64,000 nucleotides of DNA from Klebsormidium nitens (Eukaryota; Plantae; Klebsormidiophyceae), in NCBI GenBank assembly GCA_000708835.1, contig DF237195.1:59209-123208 (forward strand), given 5' to 3'. A program made the position numbers and the translations under genes. This document shows, piece after piece, positions 1-12,200 of this stretch (the stretch's first letter is position 1; every line of letters starts with the position of its first letter). Under the pieces are notes generated by a model. That model was not told the DNA's origin. It ran no database searches and saw only the letters and a list, made by a program, of their open reading frames with translations.

Positions 1-545
1 ATAGCACACGTCATGCCGCTGACTTGAATGAGCAAAGTAAGCCGAATAAACGAAGGATGCCTGTTGATTTTGTTGCGAACGCCACGAAAGCTGGACAACA
101 ATCCGACACCGCTCGTGAAACAAAATGGGGGGGTTTGAAGGTGCTCACTTCACATGTCTTACGCCGAAAGAGGGAGGACGTCTCTTTGTCTCTTGGTGGC
201 CGCCCCAACTTGGCAGCACGCCGGCTACGAGAGGGCATCGAACAGTGCACAGCAGGCACTCCCGCCACGAGAAAAATCGTCCTCTCGCTTTGACCCTACA
301 ACCCAACATCGCGGTCCGTGTTCCGATATGCGCCACCTAAGCAGGATCGATCCTGGCCGTCAATCGGACCCAATCGGGCTCTATCCTGTCCGTCGCTCAC
401 ACCTTTGACGGTCTGGGAGTGACCCCGCCTTCCGATTGTTCAGCGACTAGAGGTCTCCTTACGCCTCTGTAGCTCAGCCATCTCCCGTCCTGTGACCTCG
501 ACCAAGCCGGATTCCGCTCCTGAATCCTGAACGGAACGTGCGGTG

Positions 546-3500
546 CTATATCGGGTCGATGTCCCACGGGGCCCGGAACTCGTCGAGCGGCACCCCCCCC
601 GCTTCGTCCACTTCCCACAGCTGCAGCAAACCCCCAAGGTCCTGTATCTCTGCCGCGAAGCCCGGTTCCACGTCCGGGGGGGTGAAACGCACCCCTGCAC
701 CGGCCCCCCCCTCGGCTGCCGCTGGCAGGTGTCCGTTTTCCCCCGCTCCGGGGGTGCGATTGGGGCTGCTTTCCGGTCCCCCGGCACCAGGACCGGCGTT
801 TTCGGATCCAACGCCAAAGACGGACCCCCGCAACTGCCACCACTCCGCCGACCCGCGCGCGGGGGCCCGTCCCACCGCAGACGTCCCCGCGCTGCGTTTT
901 ACTCCGCTTCCGGTTTCCCCCTTCCGTTTTCCGCTCTCGGCTTTCACGGAACCGGAAAAGTCCGCCGCAGGGGACATAGTCTTTGCTTTAAGGGTCCGCC
1001 CGGCGGCGTTGGCTGGCGCGGCCATGTCGCCGTTCGGAATGGAGCCCCGGGGCTCTCCGTTGCGCGCGCTCTTCGCCGCTTTCTGCTGCTTGCGTTTCTT
1101 CGGCGTCATCGCCACGGCAGGTGAGTAGGGCTCGCCAGTTTTCGCCCACTTGCGCAGCTTCGACAGCAGCCAATCCGTCCGATAGCCGGCCCCCTTCTTA
1201 TTGAACGTCGGCGGGCGGCAGCCCGTAACCGTGCGAAGCGCGTCCTCCAGCGTCCGGATGTCCGGATTCCGCGCGTGCGCTTTCAGTGCCTTCCGCGCGG
1301 TTTCCATGCGCTCCTCGCGGCTCAGGCGCTCGTTCACCGCGCTCATCGAATACGGTGGCAGCCCAATGTCTTCATTTCGTATCAAACGCGGCGCAGCTGC
1401 CTTTCCGCTTTTGAACCCCTTTCTAAACCTAGGAGACAGAGCACTCTTCTGCCTCCGGGGGGGAGGTTCCGGCTGCCTCACGTTATACAAAACCTCCGGC
1501 TTAACCACCCGCCCATACCGGGTGACGTTCGGTACCTCAGTTTCCTCTGCTTTTCTGACCCCAGGACTCGCTTCTCCCTTCTCCTGACCGTTCGATTGGT
1601 CTTGCTTGGGGACTGCTTCTGACTTCTTGCTCGGCCCTCTCTGACCGTCCAATTTTGCCTTTCCAGGGATCCCCCCCGACTTTTTCGCCAGCACTTTTCG
1701 AAGGCACGCGTGAATAGCTCCCGCCTTTTTCCCCGCCGCTTTCGTCGCACCCGGTTTGGCTGGCCCGGAAATCCCCCCCGCTTTTGCTGGCCGCCCGGGG
1801 ATCACTCCCGGTTTGGCTGGCCGCCCGGGAACCCCTCCCGCTTTTGCTGGCCCGGGGAACCCTCCCAGTTTGGCTGGCGCGGGCTTCCCTTCAATTTTCA
1901 TTTTGGGCCCCACCTGAGCGACCGGTTCGCTTTCCCCCGGGCGCAGGAGCACCCCGAGAGGCCCTTTTGGGTGGCCGGGAAACGACCACTGGCCGCGGTC
2001 CCAGACCATGGCGGGGCGCAGCGCTCCGAGGCTGATGTTGACCTCCTCGCCGCCTTCACCGAAATGGGGGGGTCGCCACCACACCTGGGAAAGGAGGGGG
2101 GGGGGGTGAGGAAAGGTCAGTCGAACCGTGCTGGAGGATGGAAGTAGGTTAGGTCTTGGTTATGACAGGGGATCGTCGGATAGACTGACGGCATAAGAAA
2201 GGTGCAGGAATTGTGGATCTGTTGAGCCAGAAAGCATCATCACTTGAAGTCCGTCTAAGTGCCTGCCAGAGAGAGGTACACAACACAGTGAGACTTGCGC
2301 CGCGCATTGTGCATTTGCTGCTTTCAGACTACAGCTCAAACAACGCCCTAGAGACTCTGACTCAGCTTCCAAAGTCGACCTGGCTGTTCACTTGCAGTCG
2401 GCTTCGTAACCGTACGAAGTAAGGCTGTCGGAAGTTAGGACTCTCCTCTTGAAAATCGATGCATGCTGGCTAAGCGTAAGGACACACTCGCAGTGAGTTG
2501 GGATCTATACCGAGGTGCGCAGATTGACTGACATCTGCTGGGTGAAGTTAAGATTCTGTGATTCGAGTTTGACACGGTCGAAGGTGTCAAAGGGTTCGAG
2601 TTGCGTACCGAAACGCGCTGTCCGTCGACCTCGGAGACGCGGCCCATCCACCACGCGCAGTTGCACGAGTACTCCACAGCGTCGCCTATCGCATAACTGC
2701 AAACAGAGAAGAGGGTTTAGGTTTAGGTTTAGGTTCACATTCAGGTTCAACTCTTATTTCGGTTTAGGTTTAGGTTTAGGTTTAGGTTTAGGTTCAGTTT
2801 CAGATTTGGTAGGGCTTTTCTAATCATTAGAGGTCTGGAATGCATCGTTGATCATTTACTGCTGTTTGCGTCAAACTTGGCACCCGGGCTCGGACTGATC
2901 CCCCCGTGACGTGTTGCATGCAATCTGAGCCGTCTGACTTTTCTCAAAAGCATCGAACGGCGTGAGTCATCACCTCATTGTAAGCCACCTCCTCGTCATT
3001 TGGAACGTAAGCACTTTGACCATAGACTAACCTAGTCAGGATCCAACCCGGAGCTTGGTGGAATCGGTAGCTTTCTAGGCCCCCATGACATGTGCATGCG
3101 AACTGAGCCGTCTGATCTTCCTCAAAGTTCTCGAACGGCGTGAATTGTTCCTCCTTGAACCCACCTCCTCATCATTTTGTATGTAAGCCCGTCCTGAGCG
3201 CACCGCCCCCCGCCGAGTTTCTTTGATGCAGGGGGTTGGATGCTGGGGGGCGTAGGCCGTACCATAAGCTCCCAGACAGGTTCGGCGACGCCCGGATTGG
3301 CCTGGTACAGCTGGCACTCGAATGGCTCTGCAGATAGGAAGAACTAGACTGGTTTTACTTCTACAGGAGTGGCCGAAGTGAGTCAGGAAGATTCGAATCA
3401 TGTGGAGAAGTGGTACACTTGATTGACTCCTGGCATCGAGTTTGCCATCATGATGAAAGCTCCTGTTTGGACTGCGACTCGCTCATGTGGTCATTTTCCA

Positions 3501-5167
3501 AGTCCGACTTACTCTCCATTAACTTTCCCTCAGCACGTTTGAGATACAGTAGCTCGAAAAAGAAGGATTGTGGATACAAGATTTGGAACGTGTATCTGAT
3601 GGAGAGCGTTGTCAAACTTGGAGGCAAGGAAAGGAGAGTCCGCCTCTTCAATGAAACCTGGCCAATGCTCTCGGATCACTAACTGCCGACATTTCCCAAA
3701 GGCCATCCTACAAGTCAAGCCTTCGAAAGACATGAGCAGCCTTTGACAGTCAAAACCGCGCAAATTTGACAATAAGTTAAACCACGCATTACGCTCTCTC
3801 CATTGGTTCCTACCATTTCCCCGAAGCTCATCCTGCCCGCTCCTCGCTTCCTTCCCTAAAACGCAAGGACTTAACTTGCCAGCGTTTCGTGACCAGAAAG
3901 AAAGGCTGTCATATCCACGGAAGCATAGAATCTCACCATCCTCATCAAAGTCGACACACTTGATAGTCAGCGTGTAGGCTGCTGGACCGGCTTCCTGCTT
4001 GATCCCAAGGATCTGCAGTACGGGGCGGAATCATTCAAAGAACTCAATTTATCAGAAAGAACCAAGGGGTAGGAATTGTGCATAAGCGCACCGATGCCAT
4101 CGTTTGTTTTTCTTCTCAGCCGCAGCGATGCAATTCTACATTGCTTGCGCTGGGCGACTGATCAGTGGGTCCAAAGCCAGATATTCTTCTCAAGCGTCCA
4201 TTTGAGGATTCAAATGAACCAGGCAATACACTCAATTTCTTTCCACACATGCTGAGATTCCGAAGCTAGGCAGCGTCAGTAAGTTTTCTGCCCCCCCCTC
4301 GAGTCAGAAACGTGCAGAGTGTGAAGGAGAAAATGGTTGATTTGAACAGGATCCAGAGAAAAGTACACAAATGTAACTACACAAGAAAGGCAATGTACCT
4401 CACCCGTGAGAGGAACCAGGCATCCCTGTAACCTTCCGCGAAGGCCCTGATAACAAGAGGAGACAAGGATTTACAGATTGGCTTACTTGAGACATTCACT
4501 TCCACTAAAACCCAATTGAATGATATGCTCTCTTCCTGTTTTGGTTCTGGCAAAGAGGACTTCTCCTGCGCAGATTTAGCTCCCTCTCATAGGATGATAG
4601 GACTCTCAACAATGTATACTCTTTGGCGGCTGGGACATGCACTCACACTTTTCTAAGTGGTGGTGTAGGTCTTTATGGTCTGTAAATGTAACTCAAACGA
4701 TCTATTAATGTACCTCTTAAAAGATCATAAGCATACCTCCGTGAAGTCTAGATACGTCAGACTGTCTCAGCTCACCCATTGATTGATCAAGTATTCCACA
4801 TTAGAGTGGTGCTACCATGGTTTTCTACTCGGTTCAACGGTGAGGGCATGCATTAAGGAAAAGATTTCAACACAAAGCTTTTGAACGCTTTTAACTCTAT
4901 CTTCGATTATTGTCAGCCTGAGCCACAGACAACTCTCAGAGATTCAGAGTCTGTATCTCAATAAGAGCTTAATTAGGCCCGGAAACCTGTGGATTCAAAA
5001 GGGAGGAAGACATACAAAAGAGGAGGACTAGAAAGAGTAGGACCAAAAAAGGTTACTGACCTGCTCTCAATGAGGTCACCAACAGCAAACGGACAGGGCC
5101 CACGCCATGCCTTCTTGTGAGGCAAAATTGCAGGGGGGGACCCTGGCACAGCCTTCTCCAGCTCCAT
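546..5167 (-). CDS. Agenet/Tudor-like domain protein, paralog 1 (multi-exon)
   Basis: Exons with canonical GT-AG and matching phases: 5167-5061 (MELEK...FAVGDLIES), 4446-4404 (RAFAEGYRDAWFLSR), 4012-3937 (ILGIKQEAGPAAYTLTIKCVDFDED), 2696-2609 (YAIGDAVEYSCNCAWWMGRVSEVDGQRVS), 2084-546 (VWWRPPHFGEGGEEVNISLGALRPAMVWDRGQW plus a low-complexity tail). The GD-V...WW-G-V and LRP-xx-W---W motifs match my recollection of plant Agenet domains. Exons between 3937 and 2696 are unresolved, and the 3' end may splice further toward ~510. Confidence 0.75.
1750..1885 (-). repeat. Coding minisatellite, about five 27-30 bp units (G[RG]PAK[PA]GGIP-like)
   Basis: Repeated (ttt/ttg)gctggcc(g)cccgg(g)... units on the + strand, translating as PGPAKAGGVPGRPAKPGVIPGRPAKAGGISGPAKPG in ORF 546..2084. 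Confidence 0.8.
2713..2797. repeat. Interstitial telomere-like (GGTTTA)n hexamer array in an intron
   Basis: Three plus five perfect GGTTTA units with degenerate GGTTCA units, immediately upstream of the minus-strand acceptor at 2697-2698. Confidence 0.85.
2920..3200. repeat. Direct tandem duplication, unit about 175 bp
   Basis: ctgagccgtctga..tt.ctcaaa...cgaacggcgtga....ccacctcctc.tcattt...gtaagc occurs at about 2926-3010 and 3102-3190. Confidence 0.8.
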
Positions 5168-6250
5168 CAACCATACACGCTCAGAGCGTCATCCGCAGTT
5201 ACTCCTTGCTCAGAGATATCTAAAGGACAAAAAGTTGAGCGCATTGAAAATGGGGCATTTCGCATTAAGCACAGCAAGTGGGGCCGCTGACGCAATTTGT
5301 TGGGAATCAACCTAGGGGACCCTTTATTGACTGAAATCTTTTATAATCTTACTGCACCTGAACTTCCGCAATTGGATTGTGGCAAGTTGCATTCCGAAGC
5401 TGAGGCATTACGCGTAGCACGCCAGCTGCTGGAGAAAAGAAGTGATCATGACGAGTGAGCTTAGAAGGCCATTAAAATAGAGGAGGCCAACACTAGCAGA
5501 TCTGTCAGCAGACGAGCTGAGAACCGAGATAGTAATCTTACCTAGCGGAAAGCTGCATTGCACAGCTTCTCAATGCAGAAGCTGCAGTGCTTGAAAGCAG
5601 CTGCATTGGGAGGGTATGGCATTGAATTGGGTTATGCTTTACGAATCCGGTGAATGATTTTTAAAACTAGAACTTTGAGTAACGCTCTGAAATCTCTCCT
5701 AGTTCGTTTCTCCACTGAAGATTACATCAAGGTTACGTTGTGGTTTGCCAATAACAAGCCCGTTTCAGATGCTTGTCAACAGAATCGAGCAGGTTTGAGG
5801 ACGTCTGTTCACTTACAAGTATTCTTATCCTACCATTCTTGCAGTGGTGGTTTCAGAGTTTGCAGGCATCTTTGGAGCAAAGGAGTGCCAGGATTTTCTT
5901 CAGCGCCTCGAGCCTTGCGAAAGGCGAAGCTAGAGCGAACAAGAGACGAGCTGCCAAACGGGAATTTATTGATCCAGAGAACAAATTGGGGCGGAGATTC
6001 ATTGATGCTGTTTGATCAAGCAGCCACAATCGATGAGTGCTGAACTTGTCCACATATGAAAGCAGTCTGGTCCGCCAAGGATCAGTTCACCGACAAACAT
6101 ACAATTGCACATCCTGCAACCCCTCAAACGTAGTGCAGAAACACCATCAACCTGCACAAGTGGAAGCAGCCTAGTCTCCATTTGAAAGATCTGGCGTTGA
6201 TATGATGCACATCGTGCGACCCCGTGCAACCTAGTTCTCAGTTCACAAGG

Positions 6251-9200
6251 ATGCTGCACGCATCGGCTCCGCCGGGCGCCATGGAGGCCCGAGAGTCCCG
6301 CTTCGCTCCAAACCCCTTCCAATACAATGGCCGGGTGGCGCTCGCCATCGTCCCTGCACTGGCTGTCCTTTTGGGAGCTGGGGGCCAGACCGTCTCTGGC
6401 ACTCTCTGCATCGGTCTCATGGTCACGTACATCCTCGACGCGCTCGGAATGAAGGAGGGTGCATTTGGGGGGGTCTGGGTGTCCCTCGGGGGGACGATCC
6501 TGGCGTTTGCGCTGTCCGGGGCGGCATTTGGGAGTGGTCAAGAGCGGCCAATTGTCCTCTCAGCGCTCATTCTGCTGGTCGGCAACTTTGTAGGGTTTGT
6601 GGGGGGCGTGTGGGGGTCGCTCCAGTTCCGGTGGCTGCTTATCAAGCACCCCCCCATCGTGCTGGCACTGGAACGCGTGCTTTTTGCAGTCACCCCCCTC
6701 GTGGCAACCCCCATCGTCACGTGGGGGATCATTGCAGCTGTCGGGATCGCCAATGCGTCCTTCTACCTCACGGCACTGCTCTTTGGCTTCTACTGGGTGT
6801 TCTCCCTCCCCACGCCGACGTCGTTTCGCGCAAAAGCAGACAAGGCCTACGGCGGCGCGATCGCCGAAGAGTCGCTCATCGGGGGCGCCCTCGAAGGGGC
6901 AATCCATCTTGGTCTCGTCCTCTTCCTCCCCCCCATCTTCCACTTCAGCGTGCACTACCCCCAGCTGCTCGCTTTCGCCCCCATCGAGATCTGGAACTTC
7001 CTCATCGTACTCGCCGCGCCCCCGCTTTTTGTTGCGTACGCCTCGACGCACAACTCCCTCTGGTGGCTGCGCATCGCTCCCCAAACGCTGCATCGGTTGC
7101 GCATCTTCGTAAGCGCTGCGGCGATCGCAGTCCTGATAGCAGCCCTCGAAGCACGGGTGATCTTCCACGCGTTTGGTCAGTACATCCACCTTCCCCCTCC
7201 ATTGAACTACGTGCTCGTAACGCTGGCACTCTATGGGGGGGCCGCAGCAATCGGCGCGCACATGGTAGGGGCGGCCGGGAAGAAGGGCGTGAATCCCACT
7301 CTAGTTACGGCGGTGCTGGTGGCCGCAGCGCTGGCGGGAGCGCTCGTGCTGGGCATGCCACTGCAGGTGAGCTGGCAGTCTGTGATTGGCCGATTGCGAG
7401 CTGTTTAAGATTTTGGGAAGCCTGATGGGAGAAACACTTTGGGGTCCAGAAATTCATACAGTTGCCAAGCGGCAGAAGGCATCAACTGCTCGCCAAGTAG
7501 CTGGCCATGTAAATTCATCTCAAACTGAAGGGGCTACTGTGGATGCAAAGCCGCTTTCTTCAAAGGTTGGTGGTCACGTCGAAACATCATCGCAGCTCCA
7601 TCTTTTGCCAACATCCCATTGCCTTCACATCAGGTTTATTGACACCTGACACTGCTCAATTCGTCTCCAACACTTTTCAGTCCTAGCTAACATTGTTGTG
7701 TCAATCTTCTCCAACAGCTCCTCTTCATCCCTGCCGTCTCCGCTGCCTACCTCGGCCAGTTCTACCGCACCCGTAGTCTGCTTTCCTACGCCGTTTTTGC
7801 CGCTGGAGGGGCCGCCTGTGCGGCGTGGTTCATTGTGCGCCACTTTTGGACGATCCAGGTAAGCTGAAGTGCCCTTCGTTAGCCCCCATGCGTGCAAATC
7901 CTCGAAAAGTGGTCATGGGCGCTTTTGTTTCCGATTTACTGGTTTCATCGCAGCTCTGCGGTCCTTTTCGTCAGTGGTCATGTTGGCGAGGGTGGGTCCT
8001 TGACTTGCAAGTTTTTGTTGGCATTGTTGGCCTCGGTTGACGCAGCTTTCAACAGCTGCCCTCGCTAGAACCGCACAGCCCCAACAACACAACCAGCGAC
8101 TCAAAGAGCGGGTTGAATAGGCACGAGATAGACGGAAGAAGTACAAAGGTCAGCAAAGGAAGACCCCCGGACGATGGGAGGAAACGAGAGCCATGAGAAG
8201 AACAGCACGTGGCATGCTGTGCTCCCTGTATTACTGTCTCTCAGGTTCCGCGGCTCTACTTCACTAGAGTCCCTCGTTTGAAACTTCAAAAGAAATAGCG
8301 AGAAGTGAAATAGTCAAACGGTGATAACCGATTTGTCTTTCCAAACGGTCTTAGGGGATCACCCGGTCAAAGACACCGCACCGGTGCTCATGCTTGGAGT
8401 GACTCTGGCCCTAGCACTGCCCGTGCTCGTACAAAGCTGATTACTGAAACCCGCTGTCTCTTCAGGCGGTCTTGGGGTATCACCCAGTCAAAGACACCGC
8501 CCGGGTGCTCATGCTGGGGGTGACTTTGGCCGTAGCGCTGCCCGGACTTTTCTCAACAGGGCACACTAGTGCCACTAATGAATTTCCGGGAGGAAGTGGC
8601 CTGTGCTAAAAAACAAAGTTTTACTGAATACCCGTGGTCTCTTCAGGCGGTTCTGGGGGATCACCCGGTCAAGGACACCGCCCGGGTGCTCATGCTGGGG
8701 GTGACTCTGGCCCTGGCGCTCCCTGGGGCGGCGGCTGCGGGCGCTCAGGGGAAGCAGCTGCTGGGGGCGCTTATGGTCGCGCAGGGGCTCGTGGTTTGCG
8801 CCGTAGAAGACCGGTTATACGGGCACTCGCATGATGGTGAGTGGCTGTAATTACGGCGTGGTTACGTCAACGGGTCCTTGGATTACGTGAACCGGTCTTG
8901 ATCCACAAGCTGGGGGAGAGGAACCTGACTTGTCACCCGACCCCCGCCAAAGAGGACCTCTATTCCTCGTTGTACTTACTTGTCTATCGCGGTTCTTACG
9001 TCTCCGTCTGCACTTCCAGTCCGCGATGTTTCTCGCTTTCTTCCGTCCACAAGCTCGAAATGCTTTCTTAGGCGACTTCTCGCTTTTCCTCTGTCACCCC
9101 CTCAAGACGAGGGTCTCTACTACGGCTACTTTTGCCGTATGACAGCTTGTATCCTCCTGCAACTCACCCACTGGACGGTTCTCATGAGCTTTCATGCAGA

Positions 9201-12200
9201 TATATAGCTTCCTGAAAAGTGGGGCCGACTTTCTTACTCCTGACTGCCCTCCCGTACAGAGGAGGGCTTCCACTCCCTGCTAGTTGTGCCGTTTGGCCAC
9301 TTGTCGACTCCTGCGCGAAAAACTTTCACAGGCCTCACTGCAATCATAATTTTCCGAAAGTGGGGGCACTTTTCTTACTTCTCACCGCCCCCCATATACA
9401 GGAGAGGACCTCTGCCCCGGCTAGTTGTACCGTTTGGCCACTTGTCGACTCCTGCACGGACGGTCCTCATAGCGCACAATGCAATCATATTTTTCATAAA
9501 GTGAGGGCACATTTCTCACTTCCCACTGCCCCCCCTTGCAGAGGAGGGCCTCTACCCCGGCTACCTCGTTGCGCTCACCTCCGCCGTCGGATGGTTTTTG
9601 ACGCACCGCCTCGAGTCCGACAACCGCATCGGGCCCTGGGCCGGTTGGTTTGCCACGTGTCTCTACGCCGCCAAGCTGAGCCTGCTGGTTCTCGTCACGC
9701 CCGGAGTGCTCTGGTCGAGCGTTCTTTTGGCGGCGACCGTGACCCCGCCGATTTTGCTGTACCGGGACAAGTCGCGGCCGCAGTTCCGGGCCAAGATGAA
9801 GCCGTGGCAGGTAAGAACATGAGCGCTTGATTCTAGGACCCTGAAACGCTGAAAGCCGCGTTTGCAGCGACTTGGGGGCCGGCAGTGTGCTTCCCGCGTA
9901 AAGACAAGATTTTTCTTTCGGTGGCGACGGCGATTTCTTTGTATAGGGACAAAGCGCGGCCGCAGTGTCCGGGCCAAGATGGAGCCCTGGCAGGTCCGCA
10001 CACTCATTTTGGCTGGGGACTATACGGGGCTCGGAAGAAGGGTTTTTCGGTCTTCAAGGTTGGCGTTTTGGGGCCTTGGAGGCTGTGCTTAAACTTGCCC
10101 GGGTTAGGATGTTGTGGTTGCAAACTTGCGCGTACGGGCTTAGGGAGTACTCGTCTTCGAAGGCTCCAGGTTTCATCTGGCGCTTGCCAAAGACGTCGCT
10201 GTAAGTGGGGCGGTGATCGCATGTTAGCAAACCTAGGGCTTTTACACACAGAGGCGGGTGTTTTTTGTTTCGAGCGACGGTACAGCAGGGGTTGCGGCGG
10301 TACCGTCGCCACGAAAACACAGCGGGTGTTTTTGCCAATTCGCCGACTCAAACGATCATACGTCAGCAAAAACACCGCGGTGTTCCAAAGTGCTACCCCA
10401 AAAAAAGCCGGGTAGCGAAAGTAAACTTTTTCGGACCGTCGCACGGGACTACTTTTGCGTGCGGAAGGTACCCCCCGAAGTCGCGCGGAGAGTTTGGGCA
10501 AAACAACACCTTGAGTTCTCGGCGAATTGCGAAAAAGAACACCCGCCCTGTGTGTAAAGACCCCTAACAACTCTTCGGTGAAAACCAAGGTCAAGGACGC
10601 TGAGATCCTGGAACCCTGTGTCTTTGCAGGCCGGGTTGCGTCCCATAAGGCTTGTAAAGTTTACCCTCTGCCATGATCCTTACAAGCAGAGCCCTGGTTG
10701 CGTTCTGCAACGTACTCTTTCGAACCCTCAGAAAATTGAAAACCGACATTGTGTAAATCCTCACGTTTCAATCCTGTGCTGCAGGCCGCATTCCATGCCG
10801 TCACCGTGACCGCCGCCGTGTGGTACTTCCGCTACACGCTCTTCGACCTGCTGTACGCCTGGAACGGCGTCCGGCCGTCCGACGGCGCGCTCCTCGGGAC
10901 CATCGTCGTGGCGGCCGCGGGCGCGTGCGTGCCGATCGTCGCCTTCCACTTCACGCACATGCAGGTAGGGTCTAGACTCTTGCTTCCTTTCAATTCTGTT
11001 CTTTCTGTGTTACTCTCGCTAGAGCAGGCAAGCCATTTAGGAGGGAGGGCGTGCCGATGTCGCCTTCGACTCCACGCACATGCAGGTAGGGTCCAGACTC
11101 TTGCCTCTTTCGATTCACATATTTCGGTCTGTTTCAGGATTTCGCAAGAGCAGTCAAGGTAGGCTCTAGGGCGTGTGCGCCGTCGTTGCCTTCCCCTGGT
11201 CGTACATGCTGGTAGGACATGTCATGCGAACCTGACACTTGGTGAAGGAATGCAGGTCTGATAAGAAGCGAGTAAGCCTTGAAAGTTCAGATCGAGAAAT
11301 GGTCCAATTTGTCTGTGGAAGTAAATGACCAAGGCCTTCAAATGATATCAATCTATCTGGAAGGACTGGAGTCAAGCTCTCTGCCTTTCTCTGTTCCTGC
11401 ATCTAGATAAAGCCAACGTTGGACCGGACAGCTCCCCCAGGTAAGGTTGTCTGCTCCTTGGAGAGTCACTATTTTTCTTTCCCAAGAGAAGAGACATGGG
11501 TATACCAACTTCTCTCAGGCTGCCAAGCGCGCGGTCGTTTTGTTCATCGCCTCTGGCGCGGCTTCATTCTCCTCCGGACCCCCTCCCCGCGGCGTGGTCG
11601 CTCAACATTTTCATTGACGTAATTGAATTGCGTCAGCGTTCGGCTTGCCTCAGTTTACACGGGTGTTTTCCAGGCGAAGAGAGCTTAAGAAATTCAAAAG
11701 ACGCGTCTGGATGGAAGTGTGAAATGAATCTAGGCACAAGAGGAGCAGCTCATTGCGGTGGTTCTAGTCATGGCCTAAGGCGCTTCTCATCCTCATGGCC
11801 CTTCATATTGGCTGCTCGCTGCACTCCTCGTGCTATACCTCGGCCACAATCCACATTCAGCTGGACGGCTCTTTTTCGGATTCCCCCTCCAAAAACCGAA
11901 ACTCACAAAAACTTTGCTTTTCAACAGTCTGCAAAGCGCGCCGTCGTCCTGGTCATCGCCTCCGGCGCGCTGCTCATCCTCCTCCGGCCCCCCCTCCCCT
12001 CGGCGTGGTCCGTCTGGTGGGACGAGGACCACACCCCCGAGCACCTCCGCGACGAGCCATCCATCTACGGCCACGTGGCAGCCTCCGGGCACACCGCGGG
12101 CTGGCCCTCCTGGCTGCTCGGGGGCGCGCTGATCGCGTCCGTCGCCGCAATGACGTCAGCGGTGCCGATCCAGGACCGGCCCCTCGTTTCGGGGGGGTAC

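Noticed and set aside
538-1128. Plus-strand ORFs of 193-196 aa
   Set aside because: Antisense shadows of the GC-rich terminal exon of Agenet paralog 1.
2713-2797. True telomere or chromosome end
   Set aside because: Short, degenerate and intronic, with the gene continuing on both sides.
6560-7425. Overlapping 171-271 aa ORFs in other frames and strand
   Set aside because: Shadows of NEF1 exon 1, whose frame matches a known protein.
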